In this document: positions 41,361 to 50,595 of the stretch, one piece after another
How positions within the stretch are numbered: the first letter of the stretch is position 1
How the letters are laid out: each line of letters starts with the position of its first letter
Source of the DNA: an uncultured Muribaculaceae bacterium
GTDB taxonomy: Bacteria > Bacillota_I > Bacilli_A > RF39 > UBA660
Assembly (NCBI GenBank): GCA_964435635.1
Contig: CAYSZU010000001.1
Span: 450-64,449 of the forward strand
Length of the DNA stretch: 64,000 bases
Reading direction: 5' to 3'
Translations under genes and position numbers: made by a program
Notes under the pieces: generated by a model
What the model saw: the letters and a program-made list of their open reading frames with translations, nothing else
Database searches by the model: none
Told to the model about the DNA's origin: nothing

Positions 41361-42461
41361 TATCCCGCTCTTTTCTCTTCTTTTAATACCGATTCAATTA
41401 TTTCCGTTATTTCCCCATTCAATACTTTATCAACCTGAGCTGTTTCATAATTAGCACGATAGTCTTTTACTAATGTATATGGTTCTAAAACATAACTTCT
41501 AATTTGGCTCCCAAAATTAATACTTTCATTATTATCCTTAAACTTCGATAATTCTTTTTCGTTGCTTTCTAAGTGTAGCTTATATAATTTACTTTTCAAA
41601 ATTTTAAGGGCTTGCTCTTTATTTTTGATTTGGCTCCGCTCATTTTGACAAGTTACAACGATTTTTGATGGTAAGTGGGTAATTCGAACAGCTGAATCAG
41701 TTGTATTTACGTGTTGGCCACCAGCCCCACTACTTCGATAAACATCGATTTTTAAATCTTTTTCATTTATTTCAATATTTATTAATTGTTCAAACTTTGG
41801 GGTAATATTTATTGAAGCAAAAGATGTGTGACGCCTGGAATTAGAATCAAAAGGCGAAATTCTTACTAGGCGATGAACACCAGCTTCGCATTTTAAGTAA
41901 CCATATGCATAAAGCCCGCTAATTAAAAGCATTATATTTTTAATTCCGGCTTCCTCCCCTTTTTGTTCATCGATAATTTCTATTTTAAAGCCATTTTTTT
42001 CGCAAAACTTTAAATACATTCTATAAAGCATTAAAGCCCAATCACAAGACTCTGTTCCACCGGCCCCAGGATGAATTTCTAAGTAGCAACTAAGTTCATC
42101 AAATTCGCCATTTAGTAAAGTTTTTGTTTCAAGTCCCTTTATTTGGTTTTCAATAACATTAAGCATTTGACCAATCTCATCTTCAATTTCTGTTTCGCTA
42201 TTATCAATATTCAAATACTCATCAACTTCATTAAGGTTTATTTCAATAACTTTTACCTCGTCAACAAGCTTTTTTAGACTAGCAATCTTTATATTAGTTT
42301 GGCTAGCATTTTCAATATCATCCCAAAAACTTTCCTGTTTAGTTAATTCTTCTAATTGGTCAATCTCTTTTTCTTTGCTAGCGACGTCAAAGCGTCCTCC
42401 GAAGTTCGCTTATTTTATAAAGACACTTTTCTTTTTGTTGTTTTAATTCATATTTTTCCAT
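41360..42461 (-). CDS. prfB: peptide chain release factor 2, expressed by a programmed +1 ribosomal frameshift
   Basis: Frame 0 runs from the ATG at 42461 (GAGGTAATAAT RBS) and encodes MEKYELKQQKEKCLYKISELRRTL, ending ...CGG AGG ACG CTT TGA C. The in-frame TGA is at 42387-42389. The +1 frame continues FDVASKEKEIDQLEEL... into the 284-aa track ORF, which has GGQ and SPF motifs. Mature product is join(42461..42390, 42388..41360), ~366 aa. Confidence 0.9.
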
Positions 42462-42493
42462 ATTATTACCTCACTTTTATTATACATTAAATT

Positions 42494-42520
42494 ATAAAAA
42501 AAGAAATAACTTAATAGTTA
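42494..42520 (-). terminator. terminator between the PH-domain gene and prfB
   Basis: ATAACT-ATTA-AGTTAT hairpin followed on the minus strand by TTCTTTTTTTAT. Confidence 0.5.
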
Positions 42521-42560
42521 TCTCGTAGAAATAATTTTATAATAAATATTCGCCAAATTA

Positions 42561-43172
42561 TTAACCTTTATATTCGGTATTATAACCATGATTTTCATTT
42601 GGTCTTTTATTATTCGGATACATTATATCTGTATAAATATCTTTTTGTAGTTTTTTAATGATGTTATATACTTCAATATAATTTGAAATGCTATTAATAG
42701 CTATTGAGGCAGTTCCATCACTAATTGTGCGTTGGCTTGATGTAGATATAATGTCACCAACATTAAACATTTGATCAAATATTCCTCGATGTAAATTTAT
42801 TTGTGATAATTCGGCAAACGGTTTAACATCAAACGTTTTTTTAAAAACACCGCCTGATATATATATCGCATTATCCGTAACAATATATTCGGTATTCCTG
42901 TATTTTCTAAAAGTAAGTAAAACTCCGCCTAAGTAAATCCATACCGGCATTAAATGGATAAGCATAAAAGGAATTAAAAAGTATAGTGCTCCCTCATTTC
43001 CTTCCGAAAAAATTGTAAATCCGATAAGACCAAAATCTATTATTGCCCAAATAATTGCAAACGGTAATAACGGATTAAATATGCTTTCGAATACATAACA
43101 TTTTTTATTTGGCTTTCCTTCATATAGAATTTTTTCTTTATCGCCAATTAACTTTTTTAAATCGTTTTTCAT
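42561..43172 (-). CDS. membrane protein with a bacterial PH (YdbS/DUF304-like) domain
   Basis: Two TM helices are followed by a PH-like domain (ILYEGKPNKK...; EYIVTDNAIYISGG). Its own promoter TTTACA-17-TGATATTAT lies at 43195-43223. Confidence 0.55.
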   Translation of the reverse strand: MKNDLKKLIGDKEKILYEGKPNKKCYVFESIFNPLLPFAIIWAIIDFGLIGFTIFSEGNEGALYFLIPFMLIHLMPVWIYLGGVLLTFRKYRNTEYIVTDNAIYISGGVFKKTFDVKPFAELSQINLHRGIFDQMFNVGDIISTSSQRTISDGTASIAINSISNYIEVYNIIKKLQKDIYTDIMYPNNKRPNENHGYNTEYKG

Positions 43173-43329
43173 CTTATATTCCTCTCTATTATCAATAATA
43201 TCATAATTTTAGTTTAATGTAAATATTGAGAGTAGACTTTTTAATCTGTTTACATATAAAGATATGTCTTAATTAAATCCTTTATCAATTATGCTAATTA
43301 TCTTTTAGTTAATATTTTGTTTAACTAGC

Positions 43330-43983
43330 TCATTTAAACAAATCGATAACTTGTGCTAAATCAGCAAATTTTTTATAGATGATTTTTAAGGTTTCTTCCG
43401 AAGGAGTTTTCAAATCAGGAATCAAGATAGCTTTCATTCCGGCATTTACTGCTGATTTAATTCCTAAGTCAGAATCCTCTAAAGCGATTGCCTTCTGTGG
43501 TTTTATCCCCAACATTTCACAACTTTTTAAATATATTTGGGGGCTTGGTTTTGGTTCAGTAATCATGTCGCCACCAATAACATAATCAAAAATGCTAATA
43601 TCTAGGTGCGCTTGGGCAAACCTCTGATGTATTTTTTCAAACCTAGATGATGAGGCGATTGCAATCTTAATGTTTTTTGACTTAAGAAAAGTTAACAGTT
43701 CATTTAAACCTTTTTTTATTCTTAAGCCATTTGTTTTGACGTCTTCATCCATAAATATTTTATTTAATCTTCTAAATTCTATTGGGTCAAAACCATTTCC
43801 TAATTCTGCTTTTAACTTAGCGTCGATTAAATCATTTCTTCTGCCTATGCATTCAATAATTAGATCCAAGGGAACGTTATAACCATAGACTTCATTTGTT
43901 TTCTGAACTGCGTCTAACCAAAGCTTTTCCGTGTCAAACATTAGTCCATCCATATCAAAAACTACCGCTTCAATTTCATTCAT
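43330..43983 (-). CDS. HAD-IA family hydrolase (beta-phosphoglucomutase-like)
   Basis: Motif I VVFDMDGLMFDTE, with conserved motif II/III residues (ASSS, K...ED D). Confidence 0.75.
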   Translation of the reverse strand: MNEIEAVVFDMDGLMFDTEKLWLDAVQKTNEVYGYNVPLDLIIECIGRRNDLIDAKLKAELGNGFDPIEFRRLNKIFMDEDVKTNGLRIKKGLNELLTFLKSKNIKIAIASSSRFEKIHQRFAQAHLDISIFDYVIGGDMITEPKPSPQIYLKSCEMLGIKPQKAIALEDSDLGIKSAVNAGMKAILIPDLKTPSEETLKIIYKKFADLAQVIDLFK

Positions 43984-44025
43984 CTGCTTTTTCCAATCTA
44001 TAAAGGTCTTCGTTTTTCATTTAAT

Positions 44026-46521
44026 TTATTTACCGCAACATACCTTATATTTTTTGCCGCTTCCGCAAGGGCATGCTTCGTTTCTGCCGGTTTTTTGCGC
44101 TTTCTTTGGACTGGCTTTTAATTTTTCTTTACCATCATTAGCAGTACCTTTAATTGTTTGTTTTCTCTCCGTATTTTGCGTAATTTCGGCTTTTAATAAG
44201 AAGACTGAAATCTGTGAATCAATTCCGGCGACTAAATTATCAAAAAGTTCATACCCTTCTAACGTATAAGCTTGTAGGGGATTTGATTGACCATATCCTC
44301 TCAACCCTATTCCTTCACGAAGGTGTTCCATGGCGCTAATATGTTCAATCCAAGAACTATCTATTACTTTTAAAGCGATTGCTTTTTCAAACTCGTTTTT
44401 AATTACTTCGGGAATCTCTTTTGTTTTTGCAATATAATCTTGTTGAACTTTTTCGGTTAAATAATTAGTTACTTCGCTTGTTGTTTTCATTTCGGTGATT
44501 TCTTCTAATTTTATTTTTGTTTTTTTAACCAAGTTAGTATTAATATATTCTATTATTTCTTCTTTATCATTACTTGTTAAATAACCCTCTGGTTCAATAT
44601 GATTATCAACTAAATCGGCAACACTATTATAGAATGTTTTTAAGGTTCTTTCGGAAATGTCTTCTTTATCAAGAATTTCATTTCTTCTTTTATAAATGAT
44701 TTCCCTTTGTTCATTCATTATGTTGTCATAATCTAGTAAACTCTTACGTGCATCAAAATTATTTCCTTCAACTTTTTTTTGAGCCGTTTCAATACTTCTA
44801 GTAAATGTTTTTGATCTAATAGCTTGCGTATCTTCAAGACCTAATCTCAGAAGTAAACCTTTAATTTTATCCGTCCCAAAGCGGCGCATTAAGTCATCAT
44901 CAAACGAAACAAAGAATTGGCTTGTTCCGGCATCCCCTTGTCTTCCTGAACGACCACGAAGCTGATTATCAATTCTTCTTGACTCATGTCTTTCTGTTCC
45001 AATAACACATAAACCACCTAAGGCTTTAACTTCATCACTTAGTTTTATATCCGTTCCACGACCGGCCATATTTGTAGCGATTGTAATCGCTCCTTTTTGA
45101 CCTGCTTTAGCAATAATTTCCGCTTCCCGTTCATGATTCTTAGCGTTTAGAACTTCGTGTTTAAGATTTTCTTTTCTTAAGATTGAACTTAGATATTCGT
45201 TTGTTTCAACCGAGATTGTTCCAACTAATATTGGCTGGCCGGTTTCATGAATTTCTCTAATATAATTTACAATGGATTTATACTTACCGACCGCAGTTGG
45301 ATAAACTAAATCCTGCATGTCAGTTCTAATTAATGGTTTGTTTGTCGGAATTTGAATAACATACATATTATATATGTTAATAAATTCTTCTTCTTCAGTT
45401 TTAGCCGTTCCGGTCATTCCTGATAGTTTATTATACATTCTAAACAGGTTCTGGAAAGTAATAGTTGCCATTGTTCTTGTTTCTTGATTAATTGTAACGC
45501 TTTCCTTTGCTTCAATTGCCTGATGCAAGCCATCACTAAATTGACGCCCATGCATTAAGCGACCAGTAAATTGATCAACGATAATAATGGCGTCTTCTTG
45601 CACAACGTAGTCAACATCTTTTTTAAAACCATAATTTGCTTTTAGTGCTTGATTTAAATGGTGTACTAAAGAAGAGTTATTAATATCATAAAGATTACTT
45701 AGATTAAAAAACTTCTCTACTTTATTACTTCCTTGTTCAGTTAAAGAAACGTTTTTCGTTTTTTCATCAACATTATAATCCTCTTCGGCTTTAAGTTTTT
45801 TAACAGCTCGATCAGCATCAAGGTATAAGTTTACTGAGTCAAAAGAGCCCCCAGAAATAATTAATGGTGTTCTTGCTTCATCGATTAAAATCGAATCGAC
45901 TTCATCAACAATACAAAAATTTAATTTTCTTTGCACCCGATCTTTAGCTTTAACTACCATATTATCTCTTAAATAATCAAAACCAATCTCGTTATTAGTA
46001 GAATATAAAACGTCACACTCATAAGCTTGGCGTTTTTCTTCCGGAGTCATTTCTCTTAAGTTTAACCCAACGCTAAGACCTAGAGATTTAAAAATATTTC
46101 CCATCCATTCTGAATCTCTTTTTGCCAAAAACTCATTAACAGTAACAATGTGGACTCCGTTTCCCGTTAGGGCGTTTAAATAAGTTGGCATTGTTTCGGT
46201 TAAAGTTTTTCCTTCACCCGTTTTCATTTCGGCAATATTACCGTAATGAATGGCTAGGCCGCCTAACAACTGCACATAAAAAGGTTTTTCGCCGATTGTT
46301 CGAAAAGCCGCTTCGCGAACTACCGCAAAGGCCGGAACAACTATATCTTCTAAATTCTTACCCTCAGCTAATAGTTTTTTAAATTCTTCTGTCTTAGCTG
46401 CTAGTTGTAAATCAGATAAGCTAGTCATTTCTTCTTCTAATTTAATTATTTCATCAGCGATTTTTTCAAAGCGCTTTAATTCCTTATATTCTGAATCTAT
46501 TAATTTTCTAAATATTCCCAT
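44026..46521 (-). CDS. secA: preprotein translocase ATPase SecA
   Basis: DEAD motor and a C-terminal zinc tail CPCGSGKKYKVCCG. The ATG at 46521 (MGIFRKLID) follows GGAGGAAAG. Confidence 0.93.
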   Translation of the reverse strand: MGIFRKLIDSEYKELKRFEKIADEIIKLEEEMTSLSDLQLAAKTEEFKKLLAEGKNLEDIVVPAFAVVREAAFRTIGEKPFYVQLLGGLAIHYGNIAEMKTGEGKTLTETMPTYLNALTGNGVHIVTVNEFLAKRDSEWMGNIFKSLGLSVGLNLREMTPEEKRQAYECDVLYSTNNEIGFDYLRDNMVVKAKDRVQRKLNFCIVDEVDSILIDEARTPLIISGGSFDSVNLYLDADRAVKKLKAEEDYNVDEKTKNVSLTEQGSNKVEKFFNLSNLYDINNSSLVHHLNQALKANYGFKKDVDYVVQEDAIIIVDQFTGRLMHGRQFSDGLHQAIEAKESVTINQETRTMATITFQNLFRMYNKLSGMTGTAKTEEEEFINIYNMYVIQIPTNKPLIRTDMQDLVYPTAVGKYKSIVNYIREIHETGQPILVGTISVETNEYLSSILRKENLKHEVLNAKNHEREAEIIAKAGQKGAITIATNMAGRGTDIKLSDEVKALGGLCVIGTERHESRRIDNQLRGRSGRQGDAGTSQFFVSFDDDLMRRFGTDKIKGLLLRLGLEDTQAIRSKTFTRSIETAQKKVEGNNFDARKSLLDYDNIMNEQREIIYKRRNEILDKEDISERTLKTFYNSVADLVDNHIEPEGYLTSNDKEEIIEYINTNLVKKTKIKLEEITEMKTTSEVTNYLTEKVQQDYIAKTKEIPEVIKNEFEKAIALKVIDSSWIEHISAMEHLREGIGLRGYGQSNPLQAYTLEGYELFDNLVAGIDSQISVFLLKAEITQNTERKQTIKGTANDGKEKLKASPKKAQKTGRNEACPCGSGKKYKVCCGK

Positions 46522-46543
46522 CTTGCTTTCCTCCATAAGAACT

Positions 46544-46572
46544 ATTGTAACAAAAGATAACTTAAATATCAA
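46544..46572 (-). promoter_or_regulatory. sigma-A promoter of secA
   Basis: Minus strand reads TTGATA-17 nt-TACAAT, about 20 nt upstream of the secA RBS. Confidence 0.55.
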
Positions 46573-46606
46573 TTTTATTCCAAATGAATAAGGAGTATTT
46601 AACTCC

Positions 46607-47146
46607 TTATTTTGTATTGATTATGCCGTAGCAACCATCTTTTCTTTTATAAATAACTGAGATACAACTTTCTTCGATGTTTTTAAAAACAAAGAAGTCA
46701 TGATTTAATAATTCTGCTTGCAATAAGGCTTCTTCTTCGTCCATCGGTTTCATTTCCATATTTTTTCTTTTAACGATTCTAACATCATCAGCATAACTAA
46801 GTTTTGGCTCTTCTTCAAAATCTAAAACTAAACCTGTACTCCCAACGTTTTTATATTTATCTTTTAGCTTGTCTTTGTTTTTTATAATCTGTCTTTCTAG
46901 TTTATCAACAACAAGATCAACGGCTGCATAAAAGTCTGAATGACTTTCTTCGGCTCTTAGAGTAAACTTCTTTGTTAAAGCTGTTATTTCAATTCTTCTT
47001 TGCAATCCTCCAACCTTTACAATAGCGTTAAAGGTGATATTTTCCGGATTCTCCAAATATTTCTCAAGCTTGGATAATTTTAACTCAATATGAGTGCCCA
47101 TCGCTTTTGTGATTTTAACTTTTTCGCCTCTAATATTTATTTTCAT
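46607..47146 (-). CDS. hpf: ribosome hibernation promoting factor (long HPF / YvyD)
   Basis: The ATG at 47146 (MKINIRGEKVKIT) follows GGAGG. The N-terminal S30AE domain and C-terminal dimerisation domain (PMDEEEALLQAELLNHDFFVFKN) are present. Confidence 0.88.
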   Translation of the reverse strand: MKINIRGEKVKITKAMGTHIELKLSKLEKYLENPENITFNAIVKVGGLQRRIEITALTKKFTLRAEESHSDFYAAVDLVVDKLERQIIKNKDKLKDKYKNVGSTGLVLDFEEEPKLSYADDVRIVKRKNMEMKPMDEEEALLQAELLNHDFFVFKNIEESCISVIYKRKDGCYGIINTK

Positions 47147-47179
47147 TCCATCAACCTCCATCTTCATTTTATCATATGA

Positions 47180-47209
47180 CCAAAAAAAATACTACTTTTA
47201 GCAGTATTT
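47180..47209 (-). terminator. terminator after the small membrane protein gene
   Basis: AAATACT...AGTATTT hairpin followed on the minus strand by a T8 run. Confidence 0.55.
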
Positions 47210-47215
47210 CATTAT

Positions 47216-47413
47216 TTATCTTATCTTACTAACGTTAATAAAATCTACAATAAAATTTGTCATTATATATCCGATAGCAAAACTAAGTAGTAGAACAATT
47301 AACCAAGCTTCATAAGGCCGATTTTTTTTCATTAGTTTGTCAAAATTTATTCCCCCTAAAGCAAAGGCGCCAAGAAGAGTAAAGAATACATATAAATATA
47401 ATTTATAATTCAT
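47216..47413 (-). CDS. small hydrophobic protein (65 aa, 2 predicted TM helices)
   Basis: Sequence MNYKLYLYVFFTLLGAFALGG...WLIVLLLSFAIGYIMTNFIV; its stop overlaps the rpiB start. Confidence 0.5.
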   Translation of the reverse strand: MNYKLYLYVFFTLLGAFALGGINFDKLMKKNRPYEAWLIVLLLSFAIGYIMTNFIVDFINVSKIR

Positions 47414-47859
47414 TATTCGTTGCTTTCTTCGTAACTAATGATTTTTTCAACTCTTCTTTTATGACGACTTTCTAAGGAATACGGGGTGTTAATTAAAGTT
47501 ATTATAAATGATATCGCGTCTTCAAATAACACATCAGACCCAAAAGCTATTGCGTTAATGAAATTATGTTCTTTCGCTGTTTTTACGTCCTCGGCATTAT
47601 CAACAAGAGCGCAGCGGATGCCTTTAACTTTATTAGCCATAATAGACATCCCGATTCCATTACTGCATATTAATACTAAATAATCTTGATTCGGATTAAC
47701 CCTTTTTGCAACATCAACTACAAAATCAGGATAATCATCAAGCGGGTTATTACATAAAGCGCTTTCATAAACAACCATTTTTCTTACTTCGATTAATTCC
47801 TTTTTAATTTCCTCTTTTAATTTTTCGCCGGCATGATCACTTACGATAAATATTTTCAT
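47413..47859 (-). CDS. rpiB: ribose-5-phosphate isomerase B (RpiB/LacAB family)
   Basis: MKIFIVSDHAGEKLK...LICSNGIGMSIMANKVKGIRCAL matches the RpiB active-site region. Confidence 0.8.
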   Translation of the reverse strand: MKIFIVSDHAGEKLKEEIKKELIEVRKMVVYESALCNNPLDDYPDFVVDVAKRVNPNQDYLVLICSNGIGMSIMANKVKGIRCALVDNAEDVKTAKEHNFINAIAFGSDVLFEDAISFIITLINTPYSLESRHKRRVEKIISYEESNE

Positions 47860-48862
47860 TTTTTTCCTCCATTACTTCTTTAAATATTGGTAATAAACCG
47901 ATTCCTTCACTGCGATGTGGTGGCAATTGATATATATCGTGCCCTGGTAAATCGTTTGCCTCAATCAGAAATGGTCCATTTTCATTAATACTAACATCCC
48001 AGCCAACATATCCTACTTCAGGAATTACTTTGGCAGCATTCTCACAAAATCTTTTTATCCGGGGCCATTTAGGAATCTTAAACCATAAAATAGGTTCTTG
48101 AGTTAGTGGGTGTTTTTCGTATTGATTGCCAGCCTTATCTACTGCTAAGTAATCAATTATACCAGTTGAAATATTAATTGGAGCGGCTAGTCCTTGATGA
48201 TTAAAATTATCAACAATATAATCATTATTACCAATTCGCAAAAACGCCACAACAACTTTTTGTTTTAAAGTTACTACTCGCATCGTATTGATTGAACTAG
48301 GGTGCAATCTTTTTAATTCCGGACTTTGCGTAGCAACTTCCTCGATTAATAGTTGCTTGTTTTTTTCTAACTTTTTATATAGTTTTTCTAAATTGTTTTC
48401 TTTTGAAACGTATAATTCTACACCTTTCCCGCAGCTTTCCGATAATGGTTTGGCGATGAATTTTCTCTTTTCTTTAGCAAAGTTTTCAAATTCATTGAAA
48501 TTATGGCCGTTAATTACTATCCATTGACGACCTAAATACTTATTAAATTTTTGATTAAATAATAATTTGTTATTAAAAACCTCAGTATGTTTTTTATTGT
48601 TATACTTTTTAATAATACCATTATTAATTCCTCTAGTAATAATTGTTTGGCGTTGCTTTTTATTTAAACTATACATTTCAAATAGATCATAATCTTTATA
48701 GCCAGCTTGGTATTTTAGACCACAATATATTATATCTAGTAAGACTAACTTGCTATTTTTCTTTGTTTTTAAAGCAATCTTATTAGCAGTTTGAAAAAAA
48801 CTATGATAATTCATTTTTATTATTCTTTGACATAAGTATTTCATTTTACTCATCATAATCAT
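47837..48862 (-). CDS. ATP-grasp-like protein (sugar-transfer-associated ATP-grasp family-like)
   Basis: 341 aa. The central INTMRVVT and C-terminal GWDVSINENGPFLIEAND segments resemble ATP-grasp ligase motifs, but the assignment is tentative. Its 3' end overlaps the rpiB start by 23 nt. Confidence 0.5.
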   Translation of the reverse strand: MIMMSKMKYLCQRIIKMNYHSFFQTANKIALKTKKNSKLVLLDIIYCGLKYQAGYKDYDLFEMYSLNKKQRQTIITRGINNGIIKKYNNKKHTEVFNNKLLFNQKFNKYLGRQWIVINGHNFNEFENFAKEKRKFIAKPLSESCGKGVELYVSKENNLEKLYKKLEKNKQLLIEEVATQSPELKRLHPSSINTMRVVTLKQKVVVAFLRIGNNDYIVDNFNHQGLAAPINISTGIIDYLAVDKAGNQYEKHPLTQEPILWFKIPKWPRIKRFCENAAKVIPEVGYVGWDVSINENGPFLIEANDLPGHDIYQLPPHRSEGIGLLPIFKEVMEEKNENIYRK

Positions 48863-48892
48863 CCCTTAATATTATTATAACTTATTTTTTTA

Positions 48893-48923
48893 AAAAATGA
48901 AAAAAACTGCTTTCAGGCAGTTT
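48893..48923 (-). terminator. rho-independent terminator after rpmE
   Basis: AAACTGC-TTTCAG-GCAGTTT hairpin at 48904-48923 overlapping the rpmE stop codon. The minus strand continues TTTTTCATTTTTT. Confidence 0.65.
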
Positions 48924-49131
48924 ATTTTTCTTGGTTTAAACCATATTTACGATTAAATTTTTCAACATTTCCAGTTCTCTTACCGCGGCCTTGTGTCCCG
49001 GTATAAAACGGATGACACTCACTACAAACTTCAACATTAATTTCGGCTTGAGTTGACTTTGTTTTAAAAGAAGCTCCACAAGCACAAGTGATTGTTGATT
49101 CTTTCATATCTGGATGAATTCCTTTTTTCAT
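48922..49131 (-). CDS. rpmE: 50S ribosomal protein L31 (type A, zinc-binding)
   Basis: 69 aa with CxC...CxxC. Confidence 0.92.
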   Translation of the reverse strand: MKKGIHPDMKESTITCACGASFKTKSTQAEINVEVCSECHPFYTGTQGRGKRTGNVEKFNRKYGLNQEK

Positions 49132-49191
49132 TATAATGCTCCTTCCGCCATATCTAATTAGCTTAAATATAGTAATTTCTTGGTCTTATGT

Positions 49192-49219
49192 ATTATAACA
49201 CATCTTACTATGTTGGCAA
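49192..49219 (-). promoter_or_regulatory. sigma-A promoter of rpmE
   Basis: Minus strand reads TTGCCA-16 nt-TGTTATAAT. Confidence 0.55.
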
Positions 49220-49228
49220 CAGTATTTT

Positions 49229-50482
49229 TTAAATATCTTGAATTTTTATTTTGGCCCCTACATCAGATAGTTTTTGAATGATATTTTCATAACCACGAAG
49301 AATATGTTCCGCTTCATTAACGAACGTTCTTCCTTCGGCAATTAGTCCGGCAAGGACCATTGCTGCCCCTGCTCTTAGATCAGTTGCAATTACTTCCGTC
49401 CCAATTAATTGACGGGGTCCTGTAATAATAGAGCTTTGACCATTAACAGCAATATTAGCACCCATCTTTTGTAAATGTTTTATGTGGCCCATTCTATTTT
49501 CAAAAACTGTTTCTTCAAATACCGAGACGCCATCCGCTTGGGTTAATAGCACGGTAATTGGTTGACCTAGATCAGTAGGAAAGCCAGGATATACTAAAGT
49601 TCTAATATTTATCGGATCAAGGTAATCTGCTTTACTAACTGTAATTTCATTTTCTCGAACAATAATCTTTACATTCATTTCTTTTAACTTTGAAATAAGA
49701 GCTTCTAGATGTTCGGTAATTATGTTGATGATTTTTAAATTTTGCCCAGCTAAAGCTCCGGCAATAATATATGTCCCCGTTTCAATCCGGTCAGGAATCG
49801 CTTCCGCCACTGCCGAGCCTAATTTGGTAACGCCGGTGATTTTTATTTCGCTTGTTCCAGCGCCACTTATTCTTGCCCCCATATTGTTTAATAAAGTTGC
49901 AACGTTTACTATCTCCGGTTCTTTAGCGGCATTAGAGATAATCGTTATTCCTTCGGCTTTTACAGCTGCTAGCATAATATTTATAGTCGCTCCAACGCTA
50001 GCAAAATCTAAATATATTTTGGCGCCGATTAGTTTATCAGCAGTAATTAAAAATTTGTCGCCTTCAACTTTAACTTTAGCTCCTAATCTTTCAAAGCCTT
50101 TTAAATGAAGGTCTATCGGTCTTGAGCCGATATTACAACCCCCAGGAAAAAACATTTCTATATGTTTATATTTACCTAATAACGCCCCCATGAAATAATA
50201 TGAGGCTCTTAATTTATTACTCTTTTCTTCGGGAATTAAAATGTTTTTCATCTTCTCTGAATTAATAATAAGCGTTTCGTCCTTATAATTGTAATCACAA
50301 CCGAGTAATTTTATAATTTCAATCAAAGCAGTTGTATCAGAAATGTCAGGAACATTATAAAGCGTTACTTTTTCATCCGAAAGAATTGCGGCAGGAATTA
50401 AAGCGAGAACGCCATTTTTCGCCCCACTAATTCTAATTGTTCCAGATAGAGTTGCCTTACCATCAATTATTATTTGCTTCAT
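49229..50482 (-). CDS. murA: UDP-N-acetylglucosamine 1-carboxyvinyltransferase
   Basis: 417 aa with an EPSP-synthase fold; a Cys sits in the KNGVLAL...GGCNIG region. Confidence 0.92.
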   Translation of the reverse strand: MKQIIIDGKATLSGTIRISGAKNGVLALIPAAILSDEKVTLYNVPDISDTTALIEIIKLLGCDYNYKDETLIINSEKMKNILIPEEKSNKLRASYYFMGALLGKYKHIEMFFPGGCNIGSRPIDLHLKGFERLGAKVKVEGDKFLITADKLIGAKIYLDFASVGATINIMLAAVKAEGITIISNAAKEPEIVNVATLLNNMGARISGAGTSEIKITGVTKLGSAVAEAIPDRIETGTYIIAGALAGQNLKIINIITEHLEALISKLKEMNVKIIVRENEITVSKADYLDPINIRTLVYPGFPTDLGQPITVLLTQADGVSVFEETVFENRMGHIKHLQKMGANIAVNGQSSIITGPRQLIGTEVIATDLRAGAAMVLAGLIAEGRTFVNEAEHILRGYENIIQKLSDVGAKIKIQDI

Positions 50483-50595
50483 TAAATATTCTTCCTATCC
50501 ATTTTGTTTGCTTTCTATTACAAATATATTATCTTAATGATTTATTGTCAATTTTTTCTCCCGGCTCTTTACACAAAAAGCTATCAAATGATAGC

